Below are positions 53,834-64,000 of a DNA stretch of 64,000 nucleotides, in pieces. Origin of the DNA: Scyliorhinus canicula (lineage: Eukaryota); NCBI RefSeq assembly GCF_902713615.1, contig NC_052149.1:87933519-87997518 (forward strand), in the 5' to 3' direction. The number at the start of each line of letters is the position of its first letter. The stretch's first letter is position 1. The notes below the pieces were generated by a model that saw only the letters and a program-made list of their open reading frames with translations, was not told the origin of the DNA and did not search any database. Position numbers and translations under genes: made by a program.

Positions 53834-55475
53834 TTAGTTCATTTGGTAATTATGAGCAAGACTCCTCAAGTACTCGATAGCATCCATGTTTTCAAATTTT
53901 TTTTTTTTTTTTATAAATTTAGAATACCCAATTCATTTTTTTCAATTAAGGGGCAATTTAGCGTGGCCAATCCACCTACCCTGCACATCTTTTGGGTTGT
54001 GGGGGCAAAACCCACGCAGACACGGGGAGAATGTGCAAACTCCACACGGACAGTGACCCAGAGCCGGGATCGAACCTGGGACCTCGGCGCCGTGAGGCAG
54101 CAGGGCTAACCCACTGCGCCACCGTGCTGCCCTCATGTTTTCAAATTTAAGAACAGTTTCATGTATTCTTTTATCTGCATCTCTATACTTTTTTAGTTTT
54201 TGTGGCGGTTCATGGCCGGCTAGTAACCTTTCATAATATGCATCTCTACCTTTCTGTACTTTACGCAGGCCATCAATTAGTTTCCATATGGTGGGATGAT
54301 GCATGCCAAGTTCATATTTCAATCGACGGTGGGCTGCCTCCGCATTATTGTTTGTGCGGTCTTCCCCGTTTAATGTTCTCTGATAAAGGTTCCAAATCTC
54401 AGGGCGAAATAAAGGTGTTCGTCTACCATTTCCTCGTCTGTTCAGACGACCAACATATGTATCTTCAAACCAGTTGAGTAAATCTTGAAGTTCTTGCGGC
54501 AGTTGGGTCGCAAAAGCATCCAGATATTCATCGATTTTGTTCAAAGGTTTTAGCTTTTATCGCGAAATCTGGATCAGTGTTATACAAACTACGGAACCCC
54601 ATACTAGCTAGATGTTTTTGCATATTTTGAGCTAAATGAAAAAAACATCCTTTTATTTGAACATCAGGGAATATGTCTTTCATAGCACTGTGCGCAGCTT
54701 GTTCATAATCACAGACGATTGAACTGGGTTTCAAGTTGGGTTCGATTTCTTTCAATAATGCGAACATTCTCGTATATGTGGTGCATTGCTTGTTGGGCAA
54801 AAGAGCATAAACCGTAGGAGTAACTCCTCCGTGTTTTTTTACCATAATTACATATATCTGAGAAAAAAGAGGCTGGGAGCAATACTGAATGTGCCATCTG
54901 CAAACCACATATCAGATGTCAATAAGTGCTGTAGCCAGCTCTGTCTTCCGAAGATTAATATCCGGTCGTGACCTGGTCCGCTATCACAAAGTAAAAAATT
55001 TTCTTCCACTCCTGGTTGAGGGACATATATCCTGTAGCATTCTGGCACAATCAATTGTTGTAAATCACTTGGATTGGTGGGGGCGTTCAATACATAATTA
55101 CGCTTTCTGCTTATCATTCTCCTCAAAGCAGATATATTAGGAATGGCTGGTAGACTAGCTTGGGATATGTCTGTCAAACATTCATTAACAACTACAGTCG
55201 GTGCCTCAAGGGTTTCCTGTGCTCTCTTTTTTATTTTAGTTTTCACGAGTGCAACCTCTACTTGTGCAGCAGAAGCATCATGCGAATGGCTGTTCAGCTG
55301 CCTCACCACGTTTGCAGCTTTAGTATGGAGACGTGCTTTGCACCGGTTTTTTTTGCTCACAACGCCAAAATTTCACTTCGCTGTCACCTTTGCTTGTTTT
55401 GTCAAAGATGTAAAGGAATCTGTTATGAACAAATTTTTCTTTACCACGTTTTGTTGATACTGCCTCAGCCATCAT
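53834..55475 (-). pseudogene. FLYWCH-MULE transposase (disrupted)
   Basis: MMAEAVSTKRGKEKFVHNRFLYIFDKTSKGDSEVKFWRCEQK / NRCKARLHT..HSH / WFADGTF / IVCDYEQA..GCFFHLAQ / RTNNNAEAAHRRLK / DAIEYLRSLAHNYQMN*. Confidence 0.88.
53900..54133 (-). mobile_element. Poly(A)-tailed V-SINE inserted in the transposase 3' end
   Basis: 15-bp TSD catgttttcaaattt at 53885-53899 and 54134-54148. Confidence 0.92.
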
Positions 55476-56787
55476 ATGGGTATGCGAATTGGTTTAGTTA
55501 CAAAATATATAAAAAGATGGTGATAGAATGCACCAGCACCCAACTCAACGCACCCGCACCAGCAGCCAACTCACCTGAGGCTAATTCACAAATAAAGAAA
55601 TGTTATTTTGGCGCCAAAACAGCCGGCGCCAAAACGGTTGGCGCCAAAACGGCCGTGCCAAAACGGCCGCGCCCAAATGGCTGCGCCACAACGTACCTAA
55701 CCCCCCTTCCGATAGCATAATGAGGAGCCAGAATCTGTGGGAAACCCCTCTGATTATACACACAAACAAAATAAGGCAGATGCTGGAAATCTGAAATAAA
55801 AACAAAAAATGTTGTAAATGCCCAGCAGATCAAGCAGCATCTGTGAAGAGAAATAGAGTTAATCTTTCAGATCAATTACATTTATTGTGTGCTCTAATGA
55901 AATGCTATTTATCAGAATTGTTTAACAGCTTGGTGCAGCTGCATACAAAGGTGGCCATCAGGTTACTGGTGACTGGGTACTTTTTCTCCCCTTTAGAGAT
56001 TGGTGCACTGCGTTCCTACAGACATGGTCCATTTTCAATCTTCAGATAAAGTTTAAGATGACCTACACCGACATCAGGAGCACCACGCACCTAATGAGCA
56101 GGTTCTTACCAGTAAAGGCTCAGTAGGACAATTAATATATAACAGAAAGCTCCCCTAATAGGTAGATGCATTGTGGTATAAAGCCTTACCTAACAGAATA
56201 TTCTGGATTTGTGTGTCAGGCACTTGTTCGTCAAGATAACATCATAAAGCTACCTATTTCATTCAGCCATTTCATTATGGAGAAGTTATTGTTTTAGTTT
56301 TTTTGACTGTTTTGGATATATATGCTTTTGTTTTAATAGAATCATACAGCATTGAAGGAGGGCATTTTACTTTTTGAAAGAGCTATCTAATTAATTGTAC
56401 GCCCCTGCTCATTCCCTATACAGTTTTAAATATATATAAATTGCCTTTGAAAAATTACTAATGGATCTACCCTTTCAGGCAATGCATTCCCAAGCAAGAT
56501 AATTTGTACAAAAAAAATCTCATCTTCCCTTATGGTTTCTTTGCAAAATATTGTCATTTAAGTTGACAAAATTCCATGAAGAGAAAGCTCCTTTTTATTA
56601 TTCTTCAGTTCGTGTCTTATCATGCATTATTTCCATCACATCTTACGGGATTTGGTATGGTAAGTAATGTATATGTAAGAGTTGCATGTAGACTGCACTA
56701 ACTCTTATTGTTATACAGCAGTTTTCGAAAGTCTGTTGGTGGTTACAAACTCTTCTTATTCTACAATTATTTGTAGTAGATTAAAAT

Positions 56788-57320
56788 ATAAATTTAGAGT
56801 ACCAAATTATTTTCTAATTAAGGGTCAATTTAGCGTGGCCAATCCATCTAACCTGCACATCTTTGGGTTGTGAGGGTGAAACCCACGCAGACAGAAGGAG
56901 AACATAGGGGCCTCACGGTAGCATGGTGGTTAGCATCAATGCTTCACAGCTCCAGGGTCCCAGGTTCGATTCCCGGCTGGGTCACTGTCTGTGTGGAGTC
57001 TGCACGTCCTCCCCGTGTGTGCGTGGGTTTCCTCCGGGTGCTCCGGTTTCCTCCCACAGTCCAAAGATGTGCGGGTTAGGTGGATTGGCCATGCTAAATT
57101 GCCCGTAGTGTAAGGTTAATGGGGGGATTGTTGGGTTACAGGTATATGGGTTTAAGTAGGGTGATCATTGCTCGGCACAACATTGAGGGCTGAAGGGCCT
57201 GTTCTGTGCTGTACTGTTCTATGTTCTATGAGAATGTCCACATTGACAGTGACCCAGGGCCGGGATTCAAATCCGGGTCCTCAGCGCCATAGGCAGCAGT
57301 GCTAACTGCCGTGTCACCCT
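56788..57320 (-). mobile_element. Poly(A)-type V-SINE with a young HE1-type SINE (~56908-57229, +) nested inside
   Basis: Host SINE halves rejoin across a gagaa duplication; the nested copy is nearly identical to the copy at 2719-3054. Confidence 0.85.
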
Positions 57321-57696
57321 TGTAATAGTATTTTATGTTGAGGTAAAGAATAATGGTATTATACAAGCAGAGCTGTTGGAGCATAATTTAACAAAAAAGA
57401 AAATGCTTATACTTATCCATTATTTTCCCTCTTAAACTTAATTTTGTTCCCTCTCTGGATTAGTCATTTCACTGCAGATTGCCTTATATGGTAATCTATT
57501 GCTTAATTCTGTTAACTTCAGTACATTGTTATCCAAACTAATATTTGCTCTCTGTTTAGCACACCTCAGCAACTTTTCTGTTGCTACAGCCATGACCACT
57601 CAAGCTGACAGCTTTATTTTCATCTTGTTGCTGGGCTGACCCTTAACTCTCTCTCTTCTGTATCAACATCCATAGAATGACATGTTTTCTTTTCAG

Positions 57697-57836
57697 ATAA
57701 TAGACCACTGGTGTTGAGTTTTGGAAGCTGTTCCTGACCCCCATTTCTTTTCAAGTTTGCTGAGTTCAAGCAGCTTGTCGAAGTTTGCCTCTAGCTGATT
57801 TCCTCATTGTCTACATTCAGGAGGCTCATGCCACAG
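57697..57836 (+). CDS. DIO1: DIO1 exon 2 with UGA-selenocysteine codon (57735-57737); 4 nt short, frameshifted
   Basis: ttttcag|AT AAT AGA CCA CTG GTG TTG AGT TTT GGA AGC TGT TCC TGA CCC CCA; ADFLIVYIQEAHAT appears in a different frame after 57793; donor CAG|GTAC. Confidence 0.93.
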
Positions 57837-59012
57837 GTACGAAAAGATTACCGGAAGAAAATTACTTTTTGAGTTTGTTTCTTCATTGAACTGTTACTGT
57901 ATCTTCCTTGTTTACTGAAGGCTGGGTGATAAGATGCTTTGCTCAATATTCTGAGTTTATGTATTCCAGAAAGGTCCCAGGTTTCATCCCCAGACTGCTG
58001 GTTAACTGATCCCAGCTGAAGCTGGTAGCACTAGTCAGTTAGCTTACAAGAGAAATTGTCCAGAATTGCCCTATTGATCACTAGCTGATGAACCAAGTTA
58101 GAAATTGCAAATATGTATTGATGTTAGATGAGTATAAGATTAGCTGTGATTGCTGTCATGGTCAAATACCTCATGAACACTTGATGCTTAGGCAGTCACG
58201 AGGGAATGTTACAGGGGCACAATGCCAGAAGGCTGCTGCCAACTAAGAAAGCATGAGTATTTGTCTTGAGGATGGGAAAAACTAGGGGGTGTAACAGGGA
58301 AGAGATTTCATTCTTTATGTCTACACTATTGCTTCAGTGAAGTTCTTCCTTCTTTGTATTGAAATCAAAACTTTTTGTATTGCCCCCTACTTTTAATTGT
58401 ACTAAGCTTTTAAAATGAGTTAGTGGGTCTAGCTGATCTCAGCTGGAATAATAGTATGGGGACTGTAGTTGCTGTCTTCTCTTGATTAGTTTGCAGTGAT
58501 CCCTTTACTGAAGTGCCTGTGCTTGAAAACAACTGAAGACAAAATTAGGTTCTGCTGTAATATCCTCCACAATCAGCCAGCCTGTCAGCATATCCTGTTG
58601 TGGCTCACAAACAAATAATGAATGGGATGTTTCAAGTGCTATTATTGAAGAAACTGTATCCTAGTGAGAGTTATGCCCTTTATGAGGGGAAGAAATTTAA
58701 AACAAAGCTTGGTGCCCGCCCTCCCTCCATCATTGCTGCCTCGTATACTTTATCCTCTCTTCTGCATCTACCAATCCTGGTGGTGTCCAGTAAAATGTAT
58801 TTAGACCCTTTACCTAGGTTTCCTATCAGATTAAATTTCACCTGTTATGCTTTCTTCTTTACATAAATAAAGTTAGGAGTGTTTTGAGTCTATGTCAAAG
58901 TTTGACTAGTTCTACTCACTACCAAGTTTTAAAAATCCCATCTCATCTACAGCAAAATGACATGTGTGGTGCAATCTTTTCAATATTTGCAAAATGTTGC
59001 TATTCATTCCAG

Positions 59013-59212
59013 ATGGCTGGGCTTTCACAAACAAAGTGGATATCAAGCAACACAAAACATTAAGTGATCGTTTTGATGCAGCAAAGCTATTGCTAAGTGA
59101 GGAACCACCCTGCCCATTGGTAGTGGATACTATGGATAATGTAACTAGTGCCAAATATGCAGCTATGCCAGAGAGACTCTACGTGGTGCTCAATAACAGA
59201 GTCATTTACAAG
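59013..59212 (+). CDS. DIO1: DIO1 exon 3 ([14 protein letters not shown]...[15 protein letters not shown])
   Basis: 200 nt, intact, AG/GT boundaries. Confidence 0.96.
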
Positions 59213-59397
59213 GTAACATAGTATTTTGACACTTATGATGTGGCTATTGTCTATTCACTTAGTGATTTCACCACTAGATTTTGAGTTGATATTGTCTTTC
59301 TGCCCAAGTCAAGGAGCGCAGAATAATGCGTTTGATTTCTGGCTCCCTACTTTTCTTGAGGAAGTCAACTCATGCTGGGTTACAATTCCATATGAAA

Positions 59398-59700
59398 CAT
59401 AGAATCCCTACAGTGCAGAAGGAGGCCATTCGGCCCATTGAGTATGCACCAACCCTCCGAAAGCGCACCTTGCCTAGACCACAACCCCGCCCTATCCCCA
59501 AAACCCTGTAACCCACCTAACCTTTGGACACTAAGGGGCAATTTAGCATGTCCAATCCACCTAATATCTTTGGACTATGGGAAAAAACCGGAACACTCCG
59601 AGGAAACCCATGCAGACACGGGGAGAATCACAGTCACCCAAGGTCGGAATCAAACCCGGATTTTGGCGCTGTAAGACAGTCGTACTAACCATTGTGCCAC
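59398..59700 (-). mobile_element. HE1-type V-SINE
   Basis: Reverse complement of head, V domain and tail. Confidence 0.78.
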
Positions 59701-61029
59701 TCCGTCAATGTCAGTGACCCTCTAAAACTTCTATAATTTAATTGCCGTACAATTGTACTTCTGACCTGCTTGTTGTCTTGCTACGCTCCATGCTGTTAAA
59801 AAGAGTAAAAGCAGCAGTATGCTCACATTATTTTTTTTATTTACAAAACTCCCACGACAAAGAGTTGGGGAATGGCCATTCTTCACACTTATTGCTTAAA
59901 TCGAGCATTAGCTTTCAGACAAACCCAGGTTAGATTACTGTAACCAATTAGGGGAAGATGTACAGAGCATCAATGATGGTCATGAGGCCTGTTGGGGTGT
60001 TGAGCCATGCAAAATAGTTGAAATAATTAGAAGAGGTGATAGGTAAATTTGTGGATCTAATTTTATGAATTATTGAAGATTTTAAAGATTTATTGTTATT
60101 TTTGGAGGGATATATTTGGAGTTGGGTAGAATTTTTTTTGTGTTTGGCGAGAAAATTGAAATGTGGGGTAGATTTCTGTATTTGGTGAATATAGGAAGTA
60201 GGAAAGAAGGAAATATGACACTCATCCAGAGGAAATCAGCTCAACAATAACAGCATAGATGACAGATTTGGTACAGAAGTTTTATTATAACACTTTTTGC
60301 ATAAATGTTGGTGTTTGATCTTCAATCCAAGTGTAGCAGTACAATCAGCCGAATTAACTGAAAGTTTAAATAAAGCAGTAGACTTGGATGATTAAAGAAT
60401 GTTGGTTGTTAAAGCCTTTTTAAGCTAGCTTATCAGCAGTATGTTGTCGTGGTCTGTGGCATTCCTAAAATTAGATGTGTAGAGTCAAAGTAAAATGTTC
60501 TGTATTCGGACTGATAATGTCATGTCATGTGTGCTGATGCTTCATCCTGAGCCATTTATTGGCAGTTTTTGTTAGTGGTGGTTTGCCATTGCCTTCCACC
60601 GTCACGGGCAGGACAAGGAGACAGGTCGACCTGAGATGGAACAGGAATTAAATCCGTGCCATTAACATTATTGTGAAATGCATGCCAGCCATCTGGTTAT
60701 AGGAGCTAACCAGCCTCCATCATTAGGACTGACCTCAACTATTTGAGTATAGTGGTCATGTATAATTAGTGTTTATACCAATTTTATTTAGAATTTTATC
60801 GTGAAAGAAAACATGTAAACTTATAGAAACAGAAAACAGGGAGTATTTTATTTAGTGTTTTAAACTGGGCATTTGTGGCTGTGAAAGAATAATCGACATT
60901 AGCCCAATTTCATGGATAAGAAGATTAAAATAAGGTAGGTATTTATTTTGGAGGAGAAGAATATGGTTCCTTAAATCTGCTGGGTTACAAACAAGGCAAG
61001 TCAATGAATCATTATCTATGGCAAAGAGA

Positions 61030-61263
61030 GGGCGGCACAGTGGGTTAGCCCTGCTGCCTCACGGCGCCGAGGTCCCAGGTTCGATCCCGGCTCTGGGTCA
61101 CTGTCCGTGTGGAGTTTGCACATTCTCCCCGTGTTTGCGTAGGTTTCACCCCACAACCCAAAGATGTGCAGGCTAGGTGGATTGGCCACGCTAAATTACC
61201 CCTTAATTGGAAAAAATGAATTGGGTACTCTTTTAAAAAAAAAAAAAAAAAAATTTTTTTAAA
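61030..61263 (+). mobile_element. Poly(A)-tailed V-SINE with 14-bp TSD
   Basis: TSD ctatggcaaagaga at 61016-61029 and 61264-61277. Confidence 0.9.
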
Positions 61264-61329
61264 CTATGGCAAAGAGATTTTTAAAAAATTGTGTTTAATT
61301 CATCCATACAACTAATTTTTGTTTTTCAG

Positions 61330-61395
61330 GGTGAAATGAGACCTTGGGGATATAAACCAGAAGAAGTACGATTAGTTTTACAAAAACTAAGTTAA
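61330..61395 (+). CDS. DIO1: DIO1 exon 4 coding part (GEMRPWGYKPEEVRLVLQKLS*)
   Basis: Acceptor tttttcag|G; matches the DIO1 C-terminus GxxGPWxYxPEEVR. Confidence 0.94.
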   Translation, partial: GEMRPWGYKPEEVRLVLQKLS

Positions 61396-61579
61396 ACCAC
61401 TAGATGGCGGAATCACTACCACCAGGAAACACTGTTGTAATTTTGAGAGAGAACTTTCCAACACTTTCAAATACAAGGAAATGGTAGAATATATATAACC
61501 AAATCAAGAATATAACCAAATCAACAAAGGTTTATTTTCTAAATTGCCAATGATTTTCTCAGTTTTAAATTGGTGACTA

Positions 61580-61907
61580 GGGCGGTATGGTGGTTACCAC
61601 TGCTGTCTCACAGCGCCAGAGTTCAAATCTGGCCTTGGGTCACTGTCTGTGAGGAGTTTGTATGTTCTCCACGTGTCTGCATGGGTTTCCTCTGGGTGCT
61701 CCAGTTTCCTTCCACAGTCCAAAGACGTGCAGGTTAGGTGGATTGGCCATGCTAAATTGCCCCTTTAGTGTCCAGGGCTGTGCAGGTTATGTTATGGGGA
61801 TAGGGTGGAGTGGATGGGGGAGTGGACATGGGTTGAGTGCTCTTTCAGAGGGTTGGTGCAGACTCGATGGGCAAAATGGCCTCCTTCTGCACTGTAGTGA
61901 TTCTATG
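61580..61907 (+). mobile_element. HE1-type V-SINE within the DIO1 3'UTR
   Basis: tRNA head, V domain and tail, located between the stop codon and the SECIS. Confidence 0.82.
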
Positions 61908-62824
61908 ACTGGGATTTGATCATTTAAATACAGAAAAAGAACAATTTGTGTCTTGGTTAATGATTATTTTATGATTTCACACATAGAAAAATTGTAATAA
62001 CTCATTAAAGCCTGTGAAAGATAAGATAGTAAATTCCATCTTGGCAGGGTGCTGCAGGGTGCATAAGGAAAAAATCATGGTACATGAACAGTTTACTGTT
62101 TAACACTGACAATACTAATAAAACCTGAGGGAAAAAACAGGCACATTATTCCAAAATGAACACGGTTTATATCTGCCTGAAAGTTCCAGTCCTAAAGTAC
62201 AAGCCTCGATCAATAATTAAAGTGGGCCCGGAAGATTTGAAGTGGTATTCTGGCCCTCCCAATCCAGGATATCATCTGTCACCCTTTGCCTCTATTCCAA
62301 TTCTCCCTAGTCAGGCTAATCAAAATTATTGAGAAGATTTTTTTTGTAGAAGTGCACAAAGCTAACATATAAATCACCTGAAAATACTGAAATTATTCCA
62401 TAAATTTACAGTAAATCAGAGATTTGAAAATGGAGAAATGTTTCTCAAACTCTAGTTCTTTCCACTTCCATTGTCTACAGAATCATGTAATATATCCAAA
62501 AGGGATATGTGTATATCACATTCCACATTCAGGAAAATATTTTCCTATGGAAATTAATAATCTTACTCTATGATTTCTATACAGCATTGCTTATAAAAAT
62601 TACCAGAAGTAAAACAAACATTTGTAAGAGTTCTGCTATTTTATAAGAAATCCTGTGCAACAAAGTAAATTACTTCTAGTTAGAAAGTGTCAATATTTCA
62701 GATCCTACTTTTCAACTTTCCAGCAATAAGAACTGATGATTATGTCAAATGTAATATTCATTTTCTGCTTTATTTGCCAAAAGCTACAGGATACAAACTA
62801 AGGTCAATCACTGCAAGTACAAAG

Positions 62825-62893
62825 ATTTTAGGTATATTGTTTATGAAGCTTACAGCCCAAACCAGAGAAAGCTGTGGCCTGATGTTCTGAAAT
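62825..62893 (+). promoter_or_regulatory. SECIS element (type I) of DIO1
   Basis: Helix I attttagg/tctgaaat; core ATGAA (62843-62847) / TGAT (62880-62883); helix II gcttacagc/gctgtggcc with one C-C mismatch; apical AAA. Confidence 0.88.
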
Positions 62894-63617
62894 GTAGCTA
62901 AGAGCATGTAAATAAGTGAGATGAAGTTTTATATTCTGTACTTCTGTATATTAAACAATTACTACTCAACCAATGTTTTGAATGTTTTCATTGTATTAAG
63001 TGGAAAAGATAATTTATCCGAAAGGGAATGGAGTATTTATGTTACATTTAGTACCCCAAATTGTTTTAAATATAAAACCAATTCATAGTTGTAAGCAAAA
63101 TTGACATGAATGTCTTCAATTCAGAAGCTTAAGTATTGGTTGAAAGTTTAGTGTGGTGACCAATAAACAAAGTCTGTGGACTGGCAGAATGAGGTGAAGC
63201 AGTGGAAAGTAAGAAAGTACAGTACAAGTACTGTTGGTGGGTCTGGAATTACTCTTGTGTCAGAAAAAATAATCATGTACCAGAGAAAGACCTTCCGAGT
63301 AGTGCAAGTTGAAGATGTTGCAGTAGTTGTGATGGACTATTCAGATGTTGATAAAAGATACTTTCAGGAGTTACTAAAGACGACTATGACAGTGTAGCAA
63401 AACAAGAAGAATTTATTCATATGGATCAATAATTATGCATTGTAACAAATATTGACAACATATTTGTACTAGGAGGTGGATTGACGACGCTAAATTGCCC
63501 CTCAATTGGTAAAGAATAATTGGGTACTCTAAAAAAATTTTAAAATATTTGTACTAGTAATATTGTGCAGCTTCAGTGTTTGAAAATCTTGTTCTTCAAC
63601 AGTTGTGCTGCATAGAC

Positions 63618-63725
63618 TCAAGCACTTTCCTCTGTACCTTCCACTGTAACCTTGTGTATTGACACAAAGTGATCAAAACCAGATTTTATGAGAAACCGAA
63701 GGTGTGTGGCGCTGGTTCCATCCTG
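63618..63725 (-). CDS. IFT25: IFT25/HSPB11 last coding exon ((Q)DGTSATHLRFLIKSGFDHFVSIHKVTVEGTEESA*)
   Basis: Matches the IFT25 (HSPB11) C-terminus ATxLRFxIxSxFDHFxSxH; CAGCAG acceptor; TGA 63618-63620; minus-strand AATAAA 63412-63417; syntenic position downstream of DIO1. Confidence 0.9.
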   Translation of the reverse strand, partial: QDGTSATHLRFLIKSGFDHFVSIHKVTVEGTEESA

Positions 63726-64000
63726 CTGCATAAGAAATATACTTTGTTACTTCACATTACCTTTTAAAAAAAATACTGCTATTCATTAGCTTAGTTGTAG
63801 AAATGCTGGTGAATGCATTACAGAGTTACATAGTCCAAAAGGTTCCAGGTTTGATTCCTGCTCTGTGCTCAGTTAGATTATTACAACTAATGGAACAAAG
63901 GGGCGCTAAATTGCTTTGATGTTTGAGTTAAGAAAAAAACTGTCTGTTCCTGTTCAGTGAAAACTACTGGAAAACACAATCAAGGGATAGGAACAGCTCT

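Larger units (their letters stand above)
53470..55706 (-). mobile_element. MULE/Mutator DNA transposon with FLYWCH domain and tandem-repeat TIRs (Phantom-like)
   Basis: Imperfect TIRs built from ~15-bp GC-rich subrepeats (53470-53570; 55606-55706). Transposase 55475->53834 with FLY..WRC..C..HSH, FADGTF, VCDYE, GCFFH, RTNNNAE; ~3 frameshifts and a SINE insertion. Confidence 0.9.
45908..61395 (+). pseudogene. DIO1: DIO1, type I iodothyronine deiodinase (selenoprotein), 4 exons, frameshifted in this sequence
   Basis: Exons 45908-46234, 57697-57836, 59013-59212, 61330-61395. Motifs NRPLVLSFGSCS(U)PPF, IYIQEAH, DGWAF, VDTM, PERLY, PWGYKPEEVR. 1-nt deficit in exon 1 (stop 46229-46231) and 4-nt deficit in exon 2 (stop 57792-57794). 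Gene identity is certain; pseudogene status depends on assembly accuracy. Confidence 0.8.

Noticed and set aside
57735-57737. TGA in DIO1 exon 2 as a nonsense mutation
   Set aside because: It is the canonical selenocysteine codon (SCS-U-PP) and a SECIS is present; it is not counted as a lesion.
63176-63397. 73-aa plus-strand ORF after DIO1
   Set aside because: Non-ATG start, no recognisable homology, and it lies between two convergent poly(A) signals.

Overview
Eukaryotic, repeat-dense vertebrate genomic DNA. The HE1/V-type and Deu-type SINEs, CR1, L1 and Penelope repeats point to a cartilaginous fish (shark). The window holds the vertebrate synteny block YIPF1(-) / DIO1(+) / IFT25-HSPB11(-). 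YIPF1 is complete: 8 coding exons, 933 nt, 310 aa, all GT-AG introns. It lies head-to-head with DIO1 across a CpG-rich promoter of about 270 bp. DIO1 (type I iodothyronine deiodinase, a selenoprotein) keeps all 4 exons, the UGA-Sec codon and a 3'UTR SECIS. However, it carries frameshifts in exons 1 and 2 with premature stops, plus a G->R change in the GxxGPW motif, so it looks like a recent unitary pseudogene (assembly error not excluded). The last coding exon of IFT25 closes the window. An intact orphan coiled-coil ORF of about 271-275 aa lies at 13.4-14.2 kb. The rest is mobile DNA: three L1-clade LINEs, CR1 LINEs, a complete Gypsy LTR element, a FLYWCH-MULE (Phantom-like) transposon, hAT and Harbinger MITEs, a Penelope end with an intact minimal hammerhead ribozyme, many V-SINEs with three different 3' tails, and a TSD-flanked U2-snRNA-derived retroposon. 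All gene models were read by eye; no database searches were run.
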